Shown one piece after another: positions 47,526 to 61,358 of a stretch of 64,000 nucleotides of DNA. The notes beneath the pieces were generated by a model. The model was not told where the DNA came from. It ran no database searches and saw nothing but the letters and a program-made list of their open reading frames with translations. The stretch spans positions 186,001 through 250,000 of the forward strand of contig JAQGDQ010000316.1 in the NCBI GenBank assembly GCA_030141605.1. Direction: 5' to 3'. How positions within the stretch are numbered: the first letter of the stretch is position 1; each line of letters begins with the position of its first letter. Source of the DNA: Tubiluchus corallicola (Eukaryota; Animalia; Priapulida). Position numbers and translations under genes: made by a program.

Positions 47526-49624
47526 TACTTAGTCTTTCAGCCTAATTCAAGATTAACTTATTTAATGCATTTTAAATACAGAAAAAGGACTCCGACATCG
47601 AATAAAATTGTGTTTAAGTTAAGTAAACGTAAAAGAATAAACTTTTTTGATGTGTTTAAATTGCAGTGTCCGTTTGATGTGTTTAAATTGCAGTGTCCGT
47701 TAAGACTGCGTGTTTCTCGTCTCATAAACGCTCTTTCATGCTTGATGAAGCCAGATAACATCAATATGTTATTGTACAAATTAATTGGTGAAGCTTGTGG
47801 CCTGGGCCTCCCTCTAATTATATTCTGGGCGTAATGATGGAAAAGCAGTTATCTAAATAGGCATGAAATGCAGGCAAGGAGCAGATATAATTAATGATCG
47901 ATGATAATTTAAGCTTCTGGGGACTGCTATTATTAGGATGAAAACTTGGTACTTTCGACGAAGTGACTGAGTATTACAATCACATGCTGCTATTTTCGGC
48001 TGGCCTATATTTTTGGGTGATTGCTTGACAACGTTGTAGAGGCAATGGACCACTAAAAACTCAAATTGTACATCATAGTGGACATTGTCCAGCAAAGTAG
48101 AAAACTATCTTGCAGGATCGTGCAAACGTACGTCCAGGTGCAGATATCACAGATATTACTCTTTCTCTGTTTGTCACGCAAAAGTGCTGAATAGTTACTG
48201 TCAGTTATACAGCCAGCCTGAGTTAATGCAATTAAAAAGCAGATATAGTAGCACAGTCCAGTGAGGTATTTCATGATGTAGTATTTTGTTTAGCAACTGT
48301 ATGGTGCACCTGTGGAAACTGACACCACACAACCCGGCTTCACTTAACAGGTATCAATTGATCACAAACAAAAGGCCAGTATCCAAGTAGAACTGCAAAA
48401 TCCCGTCCATTAAACCCAGTTGAATTGGTCAAAGTTTGCAACAATTAGACCATTTAGAATGTGGCAGTATCGTAGAGTACAAACATATGAAATGATTAGT
48501 GTAATATGTACAGAGAAATGGCTATAGGACGTGTAACCGTAATCATAATTGAAGAGGGCCAAAGGCACATTGTCCGTAGAAACAGCTGCAGTTGCAAGCG
48601 GTAAGCGTAGTAAGCGGTACAATGAATTGTTGATTGAATTAGGTTACTATCGACCGTCTAGGGATGGTGGAAATTTTGCTCAGAATGTGATGCCTTCACA
48701 ATAATAAGTCTCTTAGCCCACGAAGCCAAGTGACGGAAGTGACGTTGAAGTGTGAAATAAGACGACCGAACCAATTAGGTATTTAGGGGTAGGATTACTG
48801 ACTTCTCGATTGATTAATTGTGGCGGAAAGCTGTCTTGCTCGGTCTACGAGAACAGGCTCGGTGCCAAGCAAGTGTTTTGTCTTCTCTTTTGTAGTAGGA
48901 GAGTTAAACATTGCAATAGTTTTGAAAATTTAACATGCATGTAATAAGGATTCTACATTTAACACGCTGTACCCACAACCTAGTGTAGACATTATTGTTT
49001 TGTCCAGTTTGTCTGTCTGCATGTCTGTAACCCATAACCTCAATAAAAAATGATGAACACTTTGGTACAGGTTGATTTCCTTTATTACTGTGCTCAAAAA
49101 AATAAGTGAAGGAGGTGTAGATGGGGGGGGGGTTAATATAAATTGCAGTCTGAAATAATAAAAGTAAAAAGCAACATTTAGAACTTAATAATTCACTTAG
49201 GTTTAACATACTACAACAAAAATTAAATTTAAAGCACTAACCTCAGTTTAGGTAAATCAAAAAACCATAAAATATAATTTGAAGCATACACACCTTAACA
49301 AACTAAATTATGAAATTTGAAATCTGAACTCTACCAGCAGACTATAAAACCTGAGCTACTACTGCCCAACATACAATAGCCAGGACTCCTGTTACACCTC
49401 ATTAACTTTAGTTGAAACTCAGTAAATGGTATGTAAATAGATAGTACAGTAAAAAGCTTAAGAAATAGGTGAATTATTTTTACAGGCAAACAACCAAAAG
49501 ATGGCAGCATCTCCTTAAGATACTACCACTTTCTCCTAAGTCTAAGTCTAAAAAACCTTAATTATAGCACAACTGCGTAACAAAATGCATATTATCAAAT
49601 TGTTTCCTAAACAATACAATTTTG

Positions 49625-49990
49625 ATATTAAATTTCTATTTCTAAACCCATTTTCTGTCTGACAATCATTACTTTCTGTATCCTGGTATTGACCATCACT
49701 AATTTTTCTGTTTCGAATGTTTTTAAATCAACCATCACATCTTCTTCATCAAGTATCTTTATAGATTTCTCACACATTAGTAAGTGTTCCGTTGTATCTT
49801 CATCAATTTCACACAAAGGACATTTCAGTTCAATTTTAAACTTATTTTTGAAATTTGTTTCACTTTAATCATATTCAGTTTCCACTCTGTTATTTTATAG
49901 ACTGTTTTTTGGTTACCCTTAATCACATAATCCACTGGATTATTTCACTTTCCTGTAGCATTTTCCATGAATCTCAGTTTTTTCATTACT
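49625..49990 (-). mobile_element. LINE 3'-end remnant (C-terminal Cys/His motif)
   Basis: Minus strand ...KCPLCEIDEDTTEHLLMCEK, preceded by frameshifted KLNMI and KLRF segments. Confidence 0.6.
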
Positions 49991-50557
49991 CCAATTACGC
50001 AATGTACTCCAAAGGAGATATAGTAGATTAAGAACAAATCTGCCACATAGGTTGCCTAAGACGTCTGAGTGCTTGGTTGGCTAACTGAGAGCCTGCGAGG
50101 ATGCCTGCTTAACCAACTGTATGACTGATTAAATGATTCGGTTAGCTTGTGTTCTAATTCCCGCTGTCTGAGTAATTATGTTTAATTGTCTAGTCTGATT
50201 GGCTCTTTCGTGACTGGCTGGCTGGATGTTTAGTGATTTCGAGGATTTAGGATCTCCAGGAGAAAATCCGATAGTTAATATTCAGCAAGACGCTGTCTAA
50301 GGATCACTAATATGCTTCTTGTCCCAGATTTAATACTCAGCCTTCCAGAGCAATAACATCCGATAATCTTAAATAAATAAACCCCCATTTCCCATTGTGC
50401 ATGTTGATGTTTATTTGGAAAGGCAAATTTAGTTAATTACGGTTTTATAAACACGTGTCACGCTCGTTCTGCGGCAGTGAAATGCATGTTATGGAAAGCG
50501 TTGTAATGTACAGTAGATATGTTACCGGCAAAGTGTGAAATCGGGAATTCTATAGAA

Positions 50558-50942
50558 CTAGCAAAAGCCCCGCAAAAAATTTTGCGTATAAATACACATA
50601 TAATCAAAAATAGGCGAACATCTTACGTAGTCCTCGTTTTTATCACGGAAAGCCAGCAGCAGCAGCTTTTACTGAATTAAAGCTATAGGCAGAGTATAGT
50701 GGATGACGTCAGAACAATGGCTTTGCGTCAGCAGTTTTCTAAGCGAAAATTGTCGAAAATAGAACATCTAATTAACTCGTCGTCACTCCTCTTGGTGGAC
50801 CTGTCCTAACATATACCCTACACCACCGTGTAGCCCTGTTCTTGTTCTTTCTAAAGAGCCCTATATCTCCTTCCGAGAGTCCCCAGGCGCCGCTAGAACG
50901 TATAAATATATATACCAGCAGAATTAATATATAGAATATAGG
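50558..50942 (-). mobile_element. Non-autonomous Helitron, internally deleted copy
   Basis: a|CTAGcaaaagccccgcaaaaaattttgcgta (reverse of the 3' terminus). Body matches 20175-20554, and the 5' end matches 19756-19800. Confidence 0.82.
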
Positions 50943-51510
50943 TATTTTATATAGGGTCAAACCAAACCAGGTAGTATCTAAAATAATTTCTTGTACATTT
51001 TTATAGGTATTTTTAATGCAGAAGAAAATTTGAGAAAAGTATTGTTCAGGGGTTCGACCCGGTAGATAACCTCAACGGTGACGCGGGTAAGCGCTGCATA
51101 ACGGACACTCCAGAAATTTAAAAAACGAACAACAAAACCAAAACTTAGAATTCAAAAGGGAAGGACTGAGAAGAACAACAAAAATTGAAAAAATAGAAAA
51201 AAAAACCTGATGACAATGCTTCAAACGTTAACAGAATCCACGACATTCGGCAGCCAGTCATGAGAAGAGCATTCCACGACAAAAAACAGGCAACTGACGA
51301 TGTTCGTTTTTTCCACAGGAAACCACTCCTCAACCAATCGCAATGTTATGGGCTTCTTAGTTTAAAATGGAGGTCATAACATTACCTGTAGGTTGGTTGG
51401 CATGGTGCCTATGAATAAAAATGTACAATGCACATTCACCAGTTCAGCTCAGTGTTTTAGAATTTGGATGTTCTTTTCCTAGGCATTTTTATAGAGTCTA
51501 ATAACTTTTA

Positions 51511-52195
51511 GTTAGTTAGTTTAAATATAATTCATTATGGGATTGATCAGACAGATTGAACAACATGATTTAGGATCCTCACCACAACAGACTTTATACA
51601 CTATTTACAAGAACATTTACAGTAAGAATAGACTATAACTACACAAGCTGACAAGTTTTACTACAAGATTACATTAGACATTAGTAACATTTACAGTAAG
51701 AATAGACTATAACTGCACAAGCTGACAAGTTTTAGTACAAGATTACATTAGACATTAGTAACATTTACAGTAAGAATAGACTATAACTACACAAGCTGAC
51801 AAGTTTTACTACAAGATTACATTAGACATTAGTAACATTTACAGTAAGAATAGACTATAACTACACAAGCTGACAAGTTTTACTACAAGATTACATTAGA
51901 CATTAGTAGAAAATGACGGTTAGAAAATATTAATGTACGAATATTTAAGACTGATGCATTTCATATCAGATAAAAACTACTGGAAGCGTTTAGTACGTAA
52001 TATAAAGTCACGTATACATTGGAATATTTTACAGCTAGCAACATAGTTAAATTCATCTTTTCCGAATAATAACAACTTCAACAGATCATTAGTTCCTAAG
52101 GCAGCTATATTAAGGTTTTTGGGCAGAAGTATTTCACTTATTTTATCAAACATAACAACCCTAGTTTGTTGATACAATGGGCAGCGCAAAAAAAG
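51511..52195 (-). mobile_element. CR1/Crack-like LINE 3' end with a 74-bp tandem repeat (x4, 51612-51908) in its 3' UTR
   Basis: RCPLYQQTR...LLKLLLFGKDEF..KIFQCIRDFILRTKRF*, and a (CTAA)n tail at about 51511. Confidence 0.72.
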
Positions 52196-52813
52196 TGTTA
52201 ATTAATAACTTTTAAGTAAGTACAATAATAATAAAACAAGTCGTTAACTTTTATGATACTAATTTCCCAGACATTTTATAGAATTTTATTTTAGGGAATG
52301 TGTGAAATAAGTCAGGTTTCTGTGTGCTTGCAAATCTGCGCTGCAGATACGTTCTTTCGCTTGTGTTTGAGGCTTGAAATTCCTTCTAATGTCGTTTCTC
52401 TTCTGTGGTGATGACGTTGATGACGTTGGAGACAATTTCTAGCGCAAAACAAGCGATGGTACAGATGACAGGTGATATAGAGGGCGCGAATGAGTTTGTC
52501 GTCTTTACCATGCTTTTTTCTTGCCCTCTGTTTTGACCTCCAAATGCTGGCGTTCCACTGTAGATGGTCCGACTCTGACGGGGTCTTACGAATGTTTTCA
52601 AATGTTTGACTCCGATTCCGATTTGTTTAGGCATGGATTGCATCTTGTCCGGGTAGTTGTCAAACGGTGTCGCGAACTTGAAACGGTACAGTGCTTTTTG
52701 GCACCGTGTGACGAACCTGTAAATGGTTCTAGTTATTTTGTGTTTGTTCTCAAAGTGTGGGAGTTTTTAATCTAAACGTTTTTTTGTATCTAAAGGAGGT
52801 TGACGAAAAGCGT

Positions 52814-53054
52814 GTTATTAGTATTTTGTTGATCGTTACTGTAGTTCCCAGCTAGAGATAAATAAAAGCAAAGAACGACTGATTAAACCATCATGATGCA
52901 ATTACTTATTTACAACAATTGTACAATGTTAGACGACATGTTGAAATACAATAATAAATGTGTTAGACGCCATATTGAGTTACAGTCATAAATGTTAGTA
53001 CTAATTTCTCTATTTATCTGTGCACAGTTTAGTATTATATAAGTACTCCCTAAA
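52814..53054 (-). repeat. Inverted copy of 43799-44040
   Basis: See partner feature at 43799-44040. Confidence 0.85.
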
Positions 53055-53267
53055 ACATGTTAGAAATTGCTATAACACGGGGAAAAATCTGTTTCAACCA
53101 TTTGACGCACCAGACAGGTTTTTCCCAAGGATCAACTTCCTGCCTACCCATTTTCCCAAGGATCAACTTCCTGCCTACACTCTTACCCTACCATATGCCT
53201 TTAGATAATTACGTAGTTAATGAGGCGGTGACAGTAGTGATTCACTTGGCTTTAAACTTATTTATTG

Positions 53268-53287
53268 CTACAACTACTACTACAACT

Positions 53288-53342
<55 letters not shown>

Positions 53343-53346
53343 CTAG

Positions 53347-53393
<47 letters not shown>

Positions 53394-53401
53394 TTACTAC
53401 T

Positions 53402-53459
<58 letters not shown>

Positions 53460-53463
53460 CTAG

Positions 53464-53512
<49 letters not shown>

Positions 53513-53513
53513 G

Positions 53514-53547
<34 letters not shown>

Positions 53548-53586
53548 CACTACCACCACTACTACTGCTCTGCTGCTGGTCTGCTG

Positions 53587-53669
<83 letters not shown>

Positions 53670-53670
53670 G

Positions 53671-53704
<34 letters not shown>

Positions 53705-53748
53705 CACTACCACCACTACTACTGCTGCTGCTGCTGGTGCTGCTGCTG

Positions 53749-53780
<32 letters not shown>

Positions 53781-53781
53781 G

Positions 53782-53863
<82 letters not shown>
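53268..53863. repeat. Compound (CAA)n/(TAC)n/(TGC)n microsatellite
   Basis: Direct inspection. It is the source of the poly-T/Q/L/Y ORFs. Confidence 0.96.
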
Positions 53864-54556
53864 ATGTGTGATCACCACTACTTTTCGCTGATTTAAACAA
53901 CGCAGCTATCGAAGATCACAGGTGAAACCAAGTTTAATACAGCTGTTTGTAAAAAAGCAAAGCAGTCTTGCAAATTCTGACTGTTAATCTGGTCAATTTT
54001 TAGCCTTCACCATTGAAGGACGTGACTGAAATTTAGATACGTTAGAAACGAAACGAACGTTAAACTCGTTGCTTATGCCAATTACTGTCAATTGCAAAAC
54101 CGAACGTTGACATAACCATATTTTCAAGCATGTAAATTGTATTAATCAAATATGCTTATTGGAAGATACTGAAGGGAGGTCACGTGTCGAAAAACGCAAA
54201 CTCCTATTGGCTGAAACTGCTTCGAGTTTGCTTAGGCTAAAGTGCTAGAGTTTTACGAGACGACGCGTTTATGCAATATTCTCTCAGATTGAGGTCGCGA
54301 ACTAGTTATTCACATGATCAGAGAAGTTTTGCAAGGAAGCCTTTAAGCAGTATGCCTGTTATCGTGGTCTCAGCGGTCTGATTGCAATAATTACTTTCAT
54401 CTTCCGGAATCTAAGACGCTTGGCTTCAGGGAGTAGGACGTTATTATAACGCGACCATATCATGCCAAGAATAGATCGACCGTGACTTTTGAAGAATAGG
54501 TTTGCCAGAGCGGGTCTACCTAAGCACGTATTGTAAAACAAAAGCTCGGAAGCTTA

Positions 54557-55520
54557 TGTCGGAAAATCCGGTTTAAATCAAGCCTGGCTTCTTTGGTAGC
54601 CTTACAATATTATTTAGATCGTATGCTTCGTTCATGCATGTGTAACCATGCGTTTAGTTAACCTTGCCTATAAAATATTATATATATTAACTGTTAAATT
54701 TTACAAAGTTGCTTGCACGTATAAGCAGAGAAAAATGTCAGTTTGCTCTTTATTATCTTTGTCTTCGTAGAAAATGTTTATTAATTTCACAATCGCTATT
54801 ATTGTTGTCGTCATCATTATCATCATCATCATCGCCGTCATCGCTATTATCATCAAGACCGCCGTCGTCATGATATTCACTATATTCATGAATATGCTAA
54901 CTGTCGGAAAATCCGTTTTAAACCAAACCTGGCTTCTTTGGTGGCCTTACAATATCATTTAGATCGTATGCTTCGTTCATTCATGTGTAACCATGCGTTT
55001 AGTTAACCTTGCCTATGAACAGGAAGTGTCACCGCTGATCGGTGACCACCTATCAGCAGGTACCACAAAAGGGAGGTCCTCTTTTTCTTGTTTTTTATAT
55101 AGGCCTGTATGTGAGATTATTCATTTAAAGTGCTGTGAATTGTGTGATTATTTTTGTTATGATTTGTAACTTAATTTGAAAAGTAAAGTGTAACAGTTAA
55201 ATTTGAATTTTGTAATAAAGTGTATTATTAGTGTGACCACAATTTATACAAATCGTTATGTTTCTCTAATGACTATTTTTGACTGGATTATCTTCACAGC
55301 ACAATTAATGCAAAATCACAGGTAAGAGCAAGTCAATCAATACCCACTAAGGTTTAAGCGTAATGCAACCTTTCTGACTGCAATAAATTAGGCATAAATT
55401 AGTGTTAACAGTGCACGATCAGGACAGGCTCTCTCCCTCTCTTTAACAGTGCACGATCAGGACAGGCTCTCTCTCCCTCTCCTTAAAGCTATTTGGCATC
55501 AAAATCAATTTTTTTCGATA
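54557..55520 (+). repeat. Local duplication, copy 1 (copy 2 at ~58260-59712)
   Basis: About 900 bp of high identity, from aaagttgcttgcacgtataagcagag to aaagctatttggcatcaaa, with small internal tandem duplications. Confidence 0.9.
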
Positions 55521-55829
55521 GCTTATACTGAAAATTGATGTTTATTTCATTGCTTATTGGCGATAGGATTTATTGTTAAAGATCGGAAACAATCGTATTG
55601 ATTCGCATTTGCTAATGATACTGAAATATCTTTATCATCTCGCATTAGTTTATACGTGGCGTTACATGGGAAACAGTGCAGTAGAAATATGCTGTTATGT
55701 ATTTCACTTTGCAAAAACCAAGTAATATTGTAGGAAAAGTGTATTATTTTTACGTCATTATGATGTCATAGTTAAGAAGTACAGGCTTATTTAGGACAGA
55801 ATCACATGTGATGTATTCAAAGCATTGAA

Positions 55830-56390
55830 CCCGATGAACTTAAAGTAAAATCCGACCCAATCTTAAACTGCAGGTCAAAACAATCTAGTCTTTAAAATAT
55901 TGAAAGGAAACATACCATCTTTTCCATACGTGAAAGAATTATTACCACACAAGCAAAATTTCGTGTTCGCGCCACTAGTTCTTCGCTGTCACATACATTT
56001 CACCATTCGCTAGTTAGACGGGCACTAGCGCCTGTATTTCGGAAACGCATTGCACAAAAACAGGTGCCGTACCTCTCAGTTCAGTTGTGTTAGTTTGTGG
56101 CGAACTGTACGCGTTCGACAGCGCATGCGTGTGTGCAGCGGAAAATTTAAAATTCGAGATTTTACCTTAAAACTTGCCTAGTTTTAGTACAACACACTGA
56201 ATATCTTACAGTAGCACTGTACTTCAATTTTCACTTTCGCAAACACGTGCAACGCGCTCGTGGATTATTTTTGCTGTTGAAAATTATGTTAGTTTGTGAT
56301 GTCATCAATAGTTGGGCTCGCTCGCCGTTAATTAAGTTTTTAATCTATTATTTAATTAACAGAAACGCCTTTGCAGTATTAATTGTGTTA
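55830..56390 (-). mobile_element. Interspersed repeat family B copy
   Basis: Reverse complement of about 14570-15090. Confidence 0.7.
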
Positions 56391-58259
56391 AATGGGGTAA
56401 TATATTAAAAATCATCCTGTTTCCTTTAAGCAAACGCGTTTTTCATGTTACGTCGTTCTTGTTTATGTCTGCAAGTTATGGCACTAAATCTCTTATTAGA
56501 TGACTTAGCATTGAATGGCATTATATTGCATTTTGATCAGTACATTTCAACATATCACGACATTCTTACTGTAACTTCCGGAACGCCCACTATGCTGTTG
56601 GAGACAAGAAACGACAGTGTGGTTACCGACATGCATTTCTGATTCAAAAAGTTTGAATTTGGCATTAGTTTACGCAGCGTATTAAAACGTTTATCAAGAC
56701 GAGGGCAGCAGGTGGTACTTTGCATTAAAAGATACGTTACGAGAAGCAATGATGCAAAGGTTTATCTATGCATAAATATCCCTAGGTACGGATTTTGATT
56801 TTGTATACTCCTTTTCAATAGTATACTCCTTGGAATACTGTGACGTGTTCTTATCTATGGTTTACATTTTAATGTTTGTGCTCATTAAGGTTTCCCTGAT
56901 TGCTTCAAGCGGCCCAACCACGAGTCTTTACATCCTCTGGACTCATCATGGTTGCAGTCTTTGTGAATAAACATAATAATAAGCGAGAAAGATTTATGTT
57001 AAATGTTCTATAAGACTATAACGTTTCTAACAATGTTACTAATGTTGTCGAGACGTTACAGATACTGGGAGGCCCTGGTCCCAGGGACAATTAACAAAAG
57101 CACGAATGTTGAATTCTTCAAATCAGTTTATTCAATTTCTACAACATATTGCCAGCATTAGGCTCACATAGATTGGTGTAAGTCGGAACTAAAACAAGTG
57201 CAATCTAAAATAAAATAAAACAATAAATAATTAAATAATTAATTAATAAATAATTAAATAATTAATTAATAAATAATTAAATAATTAAAATAAGTTCCTA
57301 AAATATTAAATATAATACGTACAAATTACAATAAATTGTAATTTTGTCAGAGGAGATGTGACCTCAATTCCTGCAAAATTGTGTCATCGTAATCAAGATT
57401 ACCAGTGTGGCAGTACCAGTGAGTAGGAACAATGGACAAGACAATAATTCCAGTGTATTGTTAAGCAGTACATTAATTAACAGAGCCCTTTAAATTAATT
57501 AACAGAGACCCTTTTAAAGAGATAATTCAGTATAGGCCTACTTCACGCTCATTCTGTAGTAATTTTTCACAGTAAGTTTAATTAATTCACTTTATCTCTG
57601 GAGACCCGTCAGCTGGCGAAGTCCCCTGTGCTGTAGCCTATAAAGCCCGCGCCTTAATCGGGCACTGAATAATCGGAAGGAAAATCAGCATTTTTCTAAA
57701 TTCCATTATTATTCTCGTCTCGTATTTTTATGCTTAGTTATTTGTTAATGAAGTTTAAACCACCCCATTAAGTTCATTAACAATATATGCCACGTCTGAC
57801 ACTTGTAGAGAGTACTAGAGAAACTAATTACTGTAGTGCAGCGAAAAATGGGGGCAATTTTCTATGAAGCAACTCAGAACCCGTGGTTATAATTGCGTTG
57901 GTATCGTAACTCAATCTAAACATTCTACAGCCATGGCATCTAGTTCTAGTTCTGTTGTTTCAGTTAATTGCGCAGCTGTGTTAGTTTAGTTTGAGTAAGT
58001 TTAAGATTTAGTTTGAATTTTATTCAACGGTTGTCTGTAGCTTTTATTAATGATACTGAGTGCACGTTCAAGTGGTTTAAGATGGGGAGAAATCTTTAGC
58101 TTTCGTTTTTACTGTTAGAAGGCGCCTGGTCACGCTTGAAGATAGAGAGTCAACGGCTTGCTGGTCAGTGGTCAGGTTCCTCCTAGTATTTCCTGGTGAG
58201 ACGTAAATAGCGTGTGTTGTCTTGACAACAAGTCTGTAATTCTTTTCATTAATAACTCT

Positions 58260-59126
58260 TAAATTTTGCAAAGTTGCTTGCACGTATAAGCAGAGAAAAA
58301 TGTCAGTTTGCTCTTTATTAACTTTGTCTCCGTAGAAAATGTTTATTACTTTCACAATCGCTATTATTGTTGTCGTCATCATTATCATCATCATCATCGC
58401 CGTCATCGCTATTAACTGTTAAATTTTGCAAAGTTGCTTGCAGGTATAAGCAGAGAAAAATGTCAGTTTGCTCTTTATTATCTTTGTCTCCGTAGAAAAT
58501 GTTTATTACTTTCACAATCGCCATTATCGTTGTCGTCATCATTATCATCGCCGTAATCGTTATCATCATGATATTCACTATATTAACGAATATGCTAACT
58601 GTCGGAAAATCCGCTTTAAACCAAGCCTGGCTTCTTTGGTGGCCTTACAATATTATTTAGATCGTATGCTTCGTTCATTCATGTGTAACCATGCGTTTAG
58701 TTAACCTTGCCTATAAAAAGAAGTGTCACCGCTGATCAGTTACCACCTATCAGCAGGTACCACACAAGGTGGGGTTCCCTTTTTCTTGTTTTTTATATAG
58801 GCCTGTATATGAGATTATTCATTTAAAGTGCTGTGAATTATGTGATTATTTTTGTTATGATTTGTAACTTAATTTGAAATGTAAAGTGTAACAGTTAAAT
58901 TTGAATTTTGTTAATAAAATGTATTATTAGTGTGGCCACAATTTCTACAAATCGTTTTGTTTCTCTAATGACTATTTTTGACTGGATTGTTTTCATAGCA
59001 CAATTAATGCAAAATCACAGGTAAGAGAAAGTCAATCAATACCCACTAAGGTTTAAGTGTAATGCAACCTTTCCGACTGCAGTAAATTAGACATCAATTC
59101 GTGTTAACAGTGCACGATTAGGACAA

Positions 59127-59172
<46 letters not shown>

Positions 59173-59213
59173 CTCTCTCTCTCGTCTCTCTCTCTCGTCT
59201 CTCTCTCTCTCTC

Positions 59214-59309
<96 letters not shown>

Positions 59310-59416
59310 GTCTCTCTGTCTGTCTGTCTCTCTGTCTCTCTGTCTGTCTGTCTCTCTGTCTCTCTGTCTCTGTCTCTGTCTCTGTCTCTCTGTCTCTCTG
59401 TCTCTCTGTCTCTCTG

Positions 59417-59477
<61 letters not shown>

Positions 59478-59502
59478 GTCTCTCTGTCTCTCTGTCTCTC
59501 TG

Positions 59503-59565
<63 letters not shown>

Positions 59566-59602
59566 GTCTCTCTGTCTCTCTGTCTCTCTGTCTCTCTGTC
59601 TC

Positions 59603-59679
<77 letters not shown>

Positions 59680-59712
59680 GCTATTTGGCATCAAATTCAA
59701 TTCTTTCGATAC
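58260..59712 (+). repeat. Local duplication, copy 2, with expanded (TC/TCTG)n tract 59131-59676
   Basis: Matches 54695-55520. The short ctctctccctctc of copy 1 corresponds to a ~545-bp microsatellite here. Confidence 0.9.
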
Positions 59713-59762
59713 TAACATACCAGGTAAAAACTTTCACTTTTTTCATTCCATGTTTTTTTCAG

Positions 59763-60454
59763 GAGCACTTTGTGGAGCTAGCTGTGACATTCCTGAACTT
59801 CTGTTCAAGATCTTTTTCTGGCTTGGCTACTGTAACAGTTGCTTGAACCCGGTGATTTATTCGTGTTCCAGTCGAGAGTTTCGCAAGACGTTTAGGAAAC
59901 TCCTAAACTGCCCCTGTTTGGGTGAAACTTCCCTCTTCAAGACGTCCAGCAAGAAGAACAGAGATTCGTTCACTGACGTCATGTGCATGACGTCAGCAAG
60001 CACAAACGCAAACTATTCTGAAAGCTCAAGACGAGCAATTGCTCAATTCTACAACGATGCGCAGAGTGACAAGGAGGAAGAGGAAGAAGAAGAAGAAGAA
60101 AAAATAGTTATCCCGTTGGACGACGACGTCGATTGTAGACATGCGTCGTCAGTCACGTGCGCCTGCGAAGGCGATGACGTCGAGTGTGAGTGTGGACGTA
60201 CGTCATCAGCTACGTCACCCGACAAAAGTGGGCGTGTCGACTGTGATTGCTCATCATCAGTAAGGTGTATAAACGAGAGCGATAACATCAATTTTGACTG
60301 TACATCATCAGTCACTAGTCCCGTTGAGGGTCGTGATGGCGAACATAAACTTACGTCATCAGTCACGTGTGTTGATGAAGATGGAATAGAAATAGTAACT
60401 CCATTAACGAAAAATAACAGCTCAGAGATTAGTGCAGCTTCCTGCAACTCGTAG
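59763..60454 (+). CDS. Terminal exon of an aminergic class A GPCR, alpha-1 adrenergic receptor-like (ECL3, TM7, helix 8, C-tail)
   Basis: tttttttcag| phase 1. Translation [52 protein letters not shown]: NPxxY and FWLGY, compare ADRA1 FKxxFWLGYxNSCxNPIIYPCSSxEFK. AATAAA at 60483. Confidence 0.88.
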
Positions 60455-60960
60455 TTGAAATCTGAAGCGTATTATATTGCTCAATAAATGTTTATGCCTT
60501 GCAACTAAGAAACTTGCTATTTTCTTTAATAAGCATTCGTCTCCGATATCATACAAGATATTCTTTCCAGGAAGCAATTCCAAAAATTTTTTTTGGGGCT
60601 GTCAGTTTTATCAGAAGAAAACTAATCATGTCTAATTGGACTGTCAGTTAATTTCAGCATTACAGCTCGTATAATTCGTATAATTATGAAGATCAACTAA
60701 GCAGTTCAGTTGTGATAAGCCAATCGAACTTTACAGCAATAATTAAGAAGCAGTTGCAGTGTAATATGATTTACTGATGAAAACTGATCATATTAGGTCA
60801 ATATTTATATGGCTTTACTTATTACTGTTTCTAGCCTGCGCTTTGAATTCAGTTTTAAAAAACGTTATGTAGAATAATGGAAAATTTGCTGAGTAGTATC
60901 GTTTTCTATATTGTTGCCATATATTGTTTAATTCGTTCACGACAGTGTCGCTCTTCATAT

Positions 60961-61358
60961 TAATAAGCCTTTTCACAGTTCCAGCGATTGATGATGATCG
61001 TGAAAAGGTCAAAGGTTAAGTGCACGAGACAGCGCATTTGTGTACACTTGACAACGCCTCGCGGCCCATGCTATTATAATAGTAACAGTTTTAACAGCTA
61101 GCTAGAACATTACCTAGTTCATTTTTTCTTGTTCCCAAGCAAGATCCTGCTAGTAAATCACTCTACACAACAGACTAATGCATAATTGAGTAAAGTCCAC
61201 GTAAAACAACCGAAGTTACTGAACCGATGTGGCAGACGACTTTGCTTTACCAACTTGTTACGTGATGGTAGTACTTAAGACGCGTTGCTGTGGTACACTT
61301 AACCTTTGACCTACAGCAACTGCGCATGCGCACAACGAAACTGTGAAAAGGCTTATTA
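60961..61358. mobile_element. MITE family A, complete copy
   Basis: TIRs taataagccttttcacagtt / aactgtgaaaaggcttatta in a TWA-rich context. Confidence 0.85.

Noticed and set aside
52386-52770. ~125-codon open stretch on the minus strand next to the inverted repeat
   Set aside because: No recognisable domain, and no convincing start or in-frame acceptor. It cannot be supported without a search.
53057-53900. Poly-T/Q/L/S/V ORFs (also 33387-33962, 43186-43783, 25594-26142, 46936-47520, 59104-59718, 16484-17158, 34286-35054)
   Set aside because: Microsatellite or low-complexity translations.
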